Origin: Phoronis australis
Lineage: Eukaryota > Animalia > Phoronida
Direction of reading: 5' to 3'
Assembly: GCA_002633005.1 (NCBI GenBank)
Contig: NMRA01000055.1
Location: 186,001 to 250,000 of the forward strand
DNA length: 64,000 nt
The notes beneath the pieces are model-generated. The model did not search any database and was not told the origin of the DNA. It saw only the letters and a list, made by a program, of their open reading frames with translations. Positions 53,971 through 64,000 of the stretch are shown here, piece by piece. A program made the position numbers and the translations under genes. Every line of letters starts with the position of its first letter. The first letter of the stretch is position 1.

Positions 53971-54502
53971 CAGTAGAGACTGTGAAGCTCCTATAGGTGC
54001 TTCATACACCGGAAGATTTTCGGCGAATTATGCCTCGCACTGCATACTAAAACATCAAAGCTATGTTTTTATAAATACCTTTTGCACATAGAGGGACACC
54101 TTAGGAGGCTGTTGATATATTTAATTCCTTCCAAATCGAACAAATACTCCCGATATCAAACGTTTCCTTCGAGCAGTCCCTCGTTCAGTTCCCAAAATCT
54201 AACTCACTATTTTTAACACTTCGTGCACCAGGTTATATGACGTCATACCACCTGGCACACGCAGTGTTAAAAATGGTGAGTTACCGATTTTGGGAACTGA
54301 ACGAGGGACTGCTCAAAGAAGAAGCTTGATAATGGGAGTATTTGTTTGAGTTTGAAGGAATTACATACATCAACGGGCTCCTAAGGTGTCCCTTTGTGAG
54401 CAAAAGGTATTTATAACAATGTGACTTTGACATTTTAGTCAGTGCAAGACATAATTAACCGAAAAGCTTCCGGCGTATGAAGTGCATATAGGAGCTCTAC
54501 TG
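53971..54502. mobile_element. Long foldback element (arms about 260 bp); truncated copy at about 61877-62330, older fragment at about 59814-60140
   Basis: CAGTAGAG..AGCTCCTATA / TATAGGAGCTCTACTG termini. The arms are complementary throughout (e.g. GAGCAGTCCCTCGTTCAGTTCCCAAAATC / GATTTTGGGAACTGAACGAGGGACTGCTC). Centre TATGACGTCATA. Confidence 0.85.
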
Positions 54503-56348
54503 TCCTACATGTTAGTAGGACGGTGGTCACTGTCTAGGGCGATAGAACATCCCCATAAAAAGTTACTAATTTCAAAATTCAGCAAATAAAATCGAATGAA
54601 AAATGCATTTAGGCACATGGAGTTGTAATTAACACATACCATGGCTCTGGATACAATTTAGTCAGCATAACTTGAACATATCTATGAAAATCTGTAGCGA
54701 TTTGCTCGCGTTTCTCTTACCGGGTGCAATTTTGAGGAAGTTACTTGAAATCACGCATGTTGACGAATAAAAAGTCCAAGGGACACAAATCCTACAAATT
54801 TCACCTGATATCTTCCCATGCTATTTTGCGCCAGGGTCACGCGCTTTGCTCAGTCTCGCGCTAGCCTTTGCCTAACTCATGTGACTCAGTTGAAATACTT
54901 TGTGCTTATTGCGCGTGCGGTAAAAAGTTAACGGTGACCAAAAAGTGGAGTTGGAATTCTTCGCCAAAGTCACCTTAATTCTCGTAGGTATGCTTCACCG
55001 ATGATATGTGTAGAAGTAGAAAGGACCACTGAAAAAAGTAAGTGCTTTTTAAGCGGTAGTTTTAAGTATAGAACGTATTTTTGACGAGGTGAAAACTTTT
55101 AATTGGTGAGCAGATTTCGCCTACCGCCCGTTTAAAATACAGGGGACAAAATTAATACAGAAACCGATGGGAAGTATTGTAGCCCCTAACTGGCCAACTG
55201 AGGGGCTATCAGTTTGATGCCCGTTGTTCAGTGGAGAAAAGTGGTTCTCAAAATTGTGGCACATTATATCTGACCATTACCACTGAAAAGCTGTTAATGT
55301 GCTAGCAGTGAAAGGCATTCTGTTTGGTTAGGTACGTTGAATGCGCAACGTAGTGCGAGAACGTGGTCCAAGGATAATACTAGTCTGATGGAGGATAATG
55401 TAGTTTTATTACATACTCTTCTACTGATACTACTGAGTCTGTTACAATCCATGCGATCATACACTTATATAGTGACACACATGAATCATAACAGGATATA
55501 CTGTACAAACATGTTCACTACAATTCCTCATGTTGGGGGTGTATTACATAATATTCAATTCTCTGAACTACTCCTGCACATGCACTCACCCTAAATCGCT
55601 TGGTTATGAGAGCATATTCTAACAAAAGCACTCAGTGGGCAGCAGACTAAGCAGTGGTGTTACGCTTGAACTTTTGATCTCAAGATAAACTTGAATATTC
55701 ATTTAAGCAATCAATTGAAACCTACTATACAGGACAAAATATTTTTGTAATAAATGGCCACGCAATCATCCGTAGTCTTCTTTATGGAATTGGAAGTGAT
55801 GAATGGTTACTCAATTATTGTTTTGTGAATAAAATTGTCAATACTGTTAAAGGTATTCGTAATTCATCATTGTCTTCCGTGATCATGGTAAAAACAAGAG
55901 AAATTACTTATTAGAGAACTATAAGTTAGTTAAGCATGTTTTAAGCCTGCAGCTCAGGCCTTTGATCACATGACTGATCTTCACAGTGTTGTGAAACTGG
56001 AAGTAACGCCTTGTCGTAAATAGGAGGAAGTTGTAGTCCCCGGTCAGGGTTAAGTGAGGTGTTGCACTGTTTAATGCAAATGGCCTCTTTGATGTTACAG
56101 GATTGCTAATGTTCCTCCCTAGATTGAACTCTAGTATTGTATATAGTGATGGTATGGCCAGATGAATCTAAGTAATCACCGATACCACTGGGTTTGTCCA
56201 GTTGTTGTGTTCACCAATGCTAGTGCTGAGAGCATGTCTGGTCTCACCGATGTATATGGATCCTGGTCACACTCGTTTGAAGAAGGACCATCAGACTTTG
56301 TTTTGGAGGCCCAGAAAATGAGATGATACACGAGGTGGAACACTAATC

Positions 56349-56727
56349 AGGGCTCGACATAACGAGCTGCAGGTCGCATTTGCGACCTGAAATTTGGAAA
56401 TGCGAGCTGAGATTTTTGTCAGCTCGTATCAAGTCGCAAAATGCGACCTGGAATTTCCAACGAATGCGAGCTGAGTTTTTACACTTCCCAACAGATGCCT
56501 GGCAAATACAAAGCAGCACTTGTTAATCCGATCGTTATTTGGTTGTTGCCAAGTCCAAGTTCAAAAGAACACTAACCGAGAACAGCCCTCCCGATGACTT
56601 GTAAGCAAGTCGCGTGAACATGGGATATGCAGAATCGATCTTTGACGCGTTTCATTGGCTAACACTTTCGGCCACTTTTGTAAATTTCCGGATTCGCCGA
56701 AGAAAGTTTCGGGCCACTGCTTAACAN
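56349..56727 (+). mobile_element. hAT-like element left end, cut by the scaffold N at 56728
   Basis: CAGGGCTCGACATAAC start with repeated TGCGACCTG/TGCGAGCTG subterminal motifs. Confidence 0.5.
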
Positions 56728-57757
56728 GACGATGGGAGGGGCTCAACACCCATGTGGCATACCCCATTGGTTTTTACTTGTTTAGCACTCCTCCCATGTA
56801 ACCTCCCTGGGAGGGGGTCAACACCCATTTGGCGCCCACCTGGTTTTTGCCTGGTACCTCCTTAGCTGGCACCTGGGGGGAATTCCCCTCTGAACCCCCA
56901 GGAGCAATCATTCAAATTATGTAGTCCATGGAGGTAAGAACTGTTATAAAGAACGATAATTACCTTGTTAAGAACTCGAACATGAAACAAAACCATGATG
57001 AATTTTGAAGGCCGGGAGCTTCAAGACAATAAAAACAAATTCACTTTAATATTGATTAAAATACACATTTTCGTTCTCATTCGATTATAAGTGGACGTTA
57101 ATTTATGTATTCTAACCATTTTCAATCACACATTAATTTTATTGCACGTTGAATGTCGTTAAAGTATGAATTTATCAGTGTTTACATTGTTCGGGCTGGG
57201 CTCCTAACTAAGTGTTGATTATTCATCGCTTGGGGCGCTAGTGTTTCGACCGGTAACCATTGCGGCGAATGGTAAAATGGCGGAGTGAACTCTCCTATAC
57301 TCGTACACTCCTTGCTATAACCAACAATGCTTTTTTGGTTAAATTAGGATGATCAGCTGCCAAACATCCAATAAGGCCGTCCCCAGATTACAGTGACACC
57401 CACAATGCCATAAACATCCGTCAGGCACATATGCTGCCTCGTTTTCATGCCATTGGAGTTTCACACATCATTTGTTGCTGTCTGATTCTTTACAAGTTTT
57501 TCTCGGTTGAATTACTCTATTTGAGAAAGTCTGATAAATTGGACAAATACCCGTGGATGTGTGATGTGAAATTCTTCGCCTTCCCGACATCAATGAGACA
57601 CGAAAATGAGCCTGATTACCAAAACGAGGTCACGTGCTTTCTTATCTCTGAGACATTAGGAGAGTTTTATCGTCCTGTAATACGGAACGGCCCTAATAAA
57701 TGACATTTTTCACAAGATGACTCATAACTGGTTATAAATCCTAGTTTCTCAACTTAC

Positions 57758-57932
57758 CAACTCCAAACAATGTGTAAGGTGCCATTAAAACAGCTTTTCG
57801 TAAGCTTGGGACAACACCAACATTAGACCACCCTGTCTTCATAACATAGCTTCCGGCCATTATAGGCACAGCACCCCCAATGAGACGACAGCTGAAACAG
57901 TCTTCATAATCACTTTGACCTGGTTTTGCCAT
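57758..57932 (-). CDS. DMAC1: DMAC1-like first coding exon, copy 2 (orphan exon, possible pseudogene or allele)
   Basis: ORF and splice sites intact; 3 substitutions versus copy 1 (D9Y, Y36S, A48V); no terminal exon within copy 2. Confidence 0.55.
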
Positions 57933-59099
57933 AATGACCTGTCAAAATAAGAGGAACAAAATGTGTTAATTAATGCTGATTCACAACAACATCCCAAATG
58001 ATAGTCCGCAAGGAGTGCTTATTAGTATCAAAATGGACACTAGGTGGTGAAGAATCAGTCGAACCTGTCCAAAATAGGAAGGCCTCGTCTCCTTAATATA
58101 AACCTATTTCCCAAACTTCATGAAAATCCATACAGGAACTCCTGAGATATATAGGCAATGAAAAAAATACAAGAGCAACACAGAGCGTTTAAATGTACCA
58201 CCACTGCACTGCAAACGGTGTGTTTCTAGGGATGTTTATTTGTCGTTTCCACACCTTATGTTGGGTATGGGATAAGGTATGGGAACAACGAGTGTGCAGT
58301 GTCCTATGTTGCCGAAACAAAGCAAGTTCTTAAAGTGGTATGGACCACGAAAACTTGTAAAAAATATGTTTTAAACAATTCATGGTTTTTAAAAGTGCGA
58401 AAAAAAAAACACTGTGGCAACCACAGCAGATCCCTAACCTGCCTCCCACTTATGATAAATGCCTGCATACACTAACAGTCATTTGACAAACAGCCGACTC
58501 CGTGACAAGATATAGGATAGTACTGGTACAGTGCTGTGGAATGAATACCTTGCCACCCAATGTGCTTTATACCTCGTGCCGTGATGGAGCTAATGATCGT
58601 GTTTTTTTTAATACTACATACTCTACTCGGTAACATCTGACTTGGATCTTGAGCGGCTATGCCATGAACGTATTGTGCTCAAGGCACTTCTTCATGTTTC
58701 TTGCAATTATTATTCCTTAACATAACTGTGCTATATATGTGTTTTGTGCCTGCAACTGTGACCTGTCATGATTGGACCACTACTGGAAATGCCTGATCTG
58801 AACTAATTATCCACAGACACTATATGTCTGAGGAAGGTGCTGCCACAGGGATTTACAAGAAACGACTAGACAAGATGGCTGACAGCGAGAAACTTTGCAA
58901 GATAAGAGGACCTTTACCTAAACTACAACTCAGACAGAAAGAAAAGAAGGAAAGATGTGCAACTGAAAGTACGGTAAATAAAATCTGACGCATTGATTTG
59001 GGCACAGAGTACGATTGCTGGGAATCTCTCTGAAGTGAACTATCGGTCACTAATTCCGAGCAGGCCAAACATGTGCTTGATGCGTACCACTACTAGTAA

Positions 59100-59293
59100 A
59101 TCGGTAAATAAAACAACAAGAAATTTGAAATTTTCGGATGTAACAACTTCCTTTATCAACAAAAATTTCAGTTGATCCATTCTTGTTGTTTTATTTACCG
59201 ATTTATATTCTTCATTTCTTGAAACAATAGTATCCTTGGGAGGATCTGGATCGCCTTATTTAGTTTCAGATAATTATATATTTTCTACGTTAT
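59100..59293 (-). mobile_element. Penelope-like pLTR fragment with a hammerhead-like motif, 11-bp TSD and 26-bp inverted repeat
   Basis: ACTACTAGTAA is duplicated at 59089-99 and 59294-304 and single at the empty site 50747-57. Perfect inverted repeat 59097-59122 / 59180-59205. Confidence 0.6.
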
Positions 59294-61132
59294 ACTACTA
59301 GTAAGTAATTTGTTCTGTCCTGCTTACATACCTCGGTAGTTTTTGGGACATGGCAGCCCCGGTATTAAAATCACCTTGAACCGATAGTCTGAGAACTCAC
59401 TGGGAATATTATTTGTGAGTGAGAAAGTTAAATTCAGACAAAAATTCATCGAGTTTCATTGTCTGTTCACATTACTAGCTATGTGGATCCTCATTGTGTG
59501 TATTCACATTAGTTATAGATCCTCTTCATTTGGCTAGTGACCTAACCTTCGCCCTAGAACACAAACGTTGATTTGTTTTGGAAAATGCGACAACGTAACT
59601 TCAGGAAGATGAATAATCTTTGCTATGGAATGATTTTAAATAATATGAAAGCTTGTTTCTAATTATTTTGTTTGCAAAAATTATCAAAATTACACCTACT
59701 TATTACCATATACTGACGGCTTGTGTTCGGTTGATTTCTTGAAATGCTAACAGAAATTTCAAAGCCGCGTTACTTCAAGATAGTACCACCATCCCAACTG
59801 ACCACATTAGAGACAGTAGTTGTTCCATAAGCCCTCCATATGCCGGAAGCTTTAGATCATCACTGATAAGGCATCACATCAAGGTTGACCTCTGTGATGG
59901 AGTAAACCAATCACAAACCCACTACACTGGTGATCCACCAGAGTTCGCTATCACTTGAAACTTGGCCGCAAGGGTTGCACCTCTCATACAAATGGTATTG
60001 TTGACAAACAAAGAACTTTTTGGAAAGAAATCTTAATTACCAAAATATTTGTTCGAGTTGGAAGTAATTAAAGACATCAAAAGCTTACTAAGGTGTCCAT
60101 CTATTTGATGGTTTAGTCTGTGCGAGGCACGATTTGCTTCCTGCTGCCCCTGTACGACAGAGATAAGAAATTACTGTGCAAGTTCCACTTTAAAAGTAGG
60201 GTTTATCAACCCCATTGCCCTAGCTATGGAGATAACTATAGCATTGTTTAGTCATCTGCACGCAACAGACCACTGGCATGTTTTTCTATGGAAAATGTGG
60301 CAATCCTTAATACTGAGAGAGATTTCCATGGTGTGAGAGAGGCGATTCACGAGAGCATTGAGTCTCCAGGCCTCACGAAGGCACCGGTTGGATATAGCGG
60401 TCCCTGATTTAGAGAACCAGATTCATCCACTAAGTAACGGGCCCATGCATTATTCACTGAGTGGACTGCCTGGTTCCCTAAATCAGGTACTGCTATATCC
60501 GACCAGTGCCCGTCACGGAGGACTAAGATATAACCTTACGTAACTATCCACAGAAATTGTTTCACAAAAAATGTGACAACAATCTCCGCCAAGGTCGACA
60601 CTCCAACACTTCGGCTTCAGTCTCTAAGATCCGTCATCAATTGATATAAAATAAAAACAGTTGAGACAGGAAGTCCAGAAATTGATTTATCTTGATGAGA
60701 CATGAGTAAACTGAACTGGGCCTGTAATTACAAACTTACAGACTGATGGGGCTACATGTTATAGAAGCCTTGACAAGTTGTTGCGAGCAGCGCTGTATTC
60801 TTGAATAATTTCCAAAATCGTCCAAAACCGCCAGGCAGAAGAACAGAGACCGTGGTGAGCAAAACATAAGTTAGAGCAAAACAAGGAAGCGTGAGTGGGC
60901 AAGGGTAATTGCTATATTACGAGTTCGCGTTGAGGATGGTCTAAAAATAAAATAAAAATTTAATCTTGAGATTTCTAGTTTGGAAGGAGGATACTGTGCT
61001 TAGCGAAAAGCATGTTTCATCACTTTTCATAATTTTAAAATGAAAGGCACGACGATAGACATTTTAAAAATAGATGTCAATGAGCACGACAAACAACACG
61101 AAAATATTATTATTACTGGAACACACGTGGTA

Positions 61133-61251
61133 ATGGCTCAAAATGCATCGCGGGAAAACAGTCTCCTGTCGTTTTTGCCAAGTAACTTGAGATCTAAACT
61201 TCTACCATTCCAGAAGGAGGGTGTGTTATACGGCATAAAAAAGGGTGGAAG
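61133..61251 (+). CDS. ZRANB3: ZRANB3-like SNF2 annealing helicase, first coding exon (copy 2)
   Basis: FLPSNLRSKLLPFQKEGVLYGIKKGGR matches the Q-motif region of ZRANB3/SMARCAL1. The very short N-terminus before it favours ZRANB3. Phase-2 donor AG|GTATGC. Confidence 0.8.
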
Positions 61252-61374
61252 GTATGCAAAAGCAATTTTCAATGTTGACCTAGATACCTTGTCGAAACCA
61301 GTCCAAATATCTAAGACTAAGGGCGATATAGTCTGTCAGCAATCACAGGCGTCCTACATATCATAGCCAAGGCC

Positions 61375-61730
61375 TACTACAAGGTATGACACTCGGGACT
61401 AGAAATTCCAGGATGGACGGCGTTATAATCACGATATCAATAATGCCGTCCATCCGTAACTCATTGGTATTTTCTGTACCGTCCTTGACCTCAAACCGTC
61501 AAAGTGCGAGGTGTGTTTGGGCTTTGGGAACATTATTGTGCTTTGACTGCGAATTTCTATCGAACTCGCTAGATCAGGACACCGCGTGAATGGTATAAGA
61601 AGAAAGAACAATTGCTCATGGTTTGTTTAACACCTGTTTTGTGTAAATTTATTGAGTTATATGTATGATATGGACGGCTGAATCGAAGCACCCGTGGAAT
61701 TTCTAGTCCCGAGTGTCATACCTTGTAGTA
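61375..61730. mobile_element. MITE with perfect 36-bp inverted repeats
   Basis: TACTACAAGGTATGACACTCGGGACTAGAAATTCCA (61375-61410) / exact reverse complement at 61695-61730; internal hairpin 61411-61455. Confidence 0.8.
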
Positions 61731-62523
61731 TTGTATGTAGTGTATTGGGGACGCGATCAGAAACTGAGGACGCCTGTGCCAGCAATAAGGGCGTTCCAGC
61801 CTGCCAGCAATAGGCAGTACTTCGCCCTTAATGCCGGAGGCATACAGGGGCAATAGTGAACAGTGGCTGGCTCTGCACTAGAGACTGTGAGGCTCCTATA
61901 GGCGCTTCATATACCGGAAGATTTTTGGCGAATTATGCCTCGCACTGCATACTAAAACATCAGAGCTATGTTGTTATAAATACCTTTTGCATATAGAGGG
62001 ACACCTTAGGAGGCTGTTGATGTATTTAATTCCTTCCAAATCGAACAAATACTCCCGATATCAAACGTTTCCTTCGAGCAGTCCCTCGTTCAGTTCCCAA
62101 AATCTGTAACTCACTATTTTTAACACTTCGTGTGCACCAGGTTATATGACGTCATACCACGTGGCGCGCGTAGTGTTAAAAATGGTGAGTTACTGATTTT
62201 GGGAACTGAACGAGGGACTGCCCTGAGAAAAAGTTTGATAATGGGAGTATTTGTTTGAGTTTGAAGGAATTACATACATCAACGGGCTCCTAAGGTTTCC
62301 CTTTGTGAGCAAAAGGTATTTATAACAATGTAACACTGAAAGGTTTGTTCAGTGGTGGCATTCAAATATTTTATATCCAATAAATTGTGCTGTGCCATAA
62401 TGGACTTCTGGCCGTCTTAGAAATCTTTCGTGTCTTCTAGCAGCCATGATAAAAAGTAAATGAGAATCTACTAATTAGTTGTTCCTTTTGCTTCAGTTTT
62501 TATTTTCATCTTTATATTTTCAG

Positions 62524-62542
62524 GGTTCTTATTGCTGATGAG
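62524..62542 (+). CDS. ZRANB3: ZRANB3-like 19-nt micro-exon, (R)VLIADE
   Basis: Long pyrimidine tract, then TTTCAG|GGTTCTTATTGCTGATGAG|GTAAGA. It continues the previous exon in frame to GGRVLIADE, directly before the expected MGLGKT Walker A. Confidence 0.85.
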
Positions 62543-63437
62543 GTAAGAAAAGATTTTTGTTTCAAACAGGGCCCTCGTTCATCTGAGGGGAAAGGTGCCT
62601 GTGCCTTCTGAGAGGGATTTTTTTGGGTGAGGGGAAATTCTACCTCCTGATCACCATCAATTGCACCCCCACCCTTTTGTAAGCCCTCAAGCAGCCAAAA
62701 CTAACATTTTGTGCTCTTTCAAATTGTCACCTGTATGGGTTACAAGTGATTTGAACCTCCAGGGGAATTTTTTAATTACTTGAGGGGAATTTTTGGGCCC
62801 AGTGAGAGGAATTTCACATGATTTTTCAATATTTTTCACAGGGGAATGGGGCCGAATATCGGCCCCAAAATCGAAGAACTGAGGACCCAGTAAAATATGT
62901 CTTATTTAATTTGTTTACAGCAATTACTCCTGACCACTCCCTAAAGAATACAGTTTATACCAAATTTATTAATGATGTTCTATATACAAAATGTCGTGCC
63001 TTGAAGCTGCATTTCATCCCATTTATCTGGACTTTTATTCTTCAAAATCGGTCTGATAATGTCCCTTATTATAATAGGATTCTATTTCTGTTACTAAGAA
63101 CAACATCAAAATCGCCAGTGACTTACTTAAAGTGAATCAGTTTATTGGGGTTGGACAACTTTAAAGTTGCAAATTCAAAAATGGTGCCTGGATCATGGAT
63201 GCATTGGCTCTGACTTAGTAATAGAAATAGAATTCTATCACAGTAAAGAATACTGAGTGTAAAAGGTCAAATTTGATCTTCATTTTTAGTCAGCGTAACA
63301 TGGCATAATGTAACTTTAAATATTTTGTGATACCAGGAATTTCTCACATTAACTCATAACGTAATTTGGAAATGGACACGTTTTGCCTTCCTAGTAGTAC
63401 TGCAAAGGTAAGCTTTATGAATATGGCCGTTTGTATT

Positions 63438-63770
63438 TGAGCAGAAAATGGTTTGCAAAATGACCTAAGGAGAAAATAGTTTACAATATGATATGAGCAG
63501 AAAGTGGTTTAGAAACTGATATAAGCAGAAAGGTGTTTACAAAATGATATATGGAGAAAATGGTTCAAGAAATGATTTTGGGAGAAATGGTTTACAAAAC
63601 GGTTTACGTGAGCAGAAATGGTTTACAAAGTGACATAAGTAGAGATGGTTTACAAAAATGCAAAAATGATATCAGAAGAAAATGGTTTACAAAATGACGT
63701 AAGCAGAAAATATAGTTTATAAAATGATATAAGCATGTCTGAAATGATTTACAAATAAGCAGAAAATGTT
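63438..63770. repeat. Degenerate tandem repeat, unit about 30 bp (AGCAGAAAATGGTTTACAAAATGATAT-like), about 10 units
   Basis: Directly visible periodicity. Confidence 0.85.
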
Positions 63771-64000
63771 CTACTAGTGGCAGTGTCGTTCAACATGTAA
63801 AACGAAACAAATTGGGTGTAGTTTTTGAAAGACAGCCTGTATATGTGTAAAATCCAACATTTTCTTTGTTTTTGTACAGTATAGGCTGTAAAACCAGTAC
63901 CAGTCTGAGTGTACAGGGTTACATGATAAGAATCTAGTGACTGTATTTTTCACAAAATAGTCTGTTCATCTGTGAAAACAAATATTCTGTTTGTCATAGT

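Larger units (their letters stand above)
49006..54430. repeat. Segmental duplication copy 1 (DMAC1 exon, intergenic region, ZRANB3 first coding exon)
   Basis: Colinear with 57315-62330 (initial offset 8309) with scattered substitutions and large indels. Confidence 0.95.
57315..62330. repeat. Segmental duplication copy 2
   Basis: Begins abruptly at CTATAACCAACAATGC (equivalent to 49006); homology ends inside the foldback right arm. Confidence 0.95.

Overview
AT-rich, repeat-dense, intron-containing animal DNA, most likely a marine invertebrate such as a mollusc (inferred from the transposon repertoire). There are no prokaryotic features, CRISPR arrays, rRNA or tRNA. Recognisable genes: (1) an intronless class A GPCR (36174-37466, +); (2) a small DMAC1/DUF4536-like gene on the - strand (coding exons 49449-49623 and 45306-45370, 79 aa); (3) the 5' part of a ZRANB3/SMARCAL1-family SNF2 helicase on the + strand (61133-61251 plus a 19-nt micro-exon 62524-62542), head-to-head with DMAC1. 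The roughly 5 kb DMAC1/ZRANB3 block occurs twice (49006-54430 and 57315-62330), on either side of an N scaffold join at 56728. The ZRANB3 exon copies differ only by synonymous changes and the DMAC1 exon copies only by replacements. The copies also differ by a Penelope-like insertion carrying a hammerhead-like motif, an inverted segment and a non-homologous swap. The rest is transposon debris: DINE-1/HINE-like elements, a nested Helitron, Kolobok-, hAT- and mariner-type elements, RTE/CR1/L2/Penelope fragments, foldbacks and minisatellites. A 421-bp duplication around the N at 32946 is an assembly overlap. Nearly all short ORFs in the track are spurious. All family assignments come from motif recognition by eye, not from database searches.
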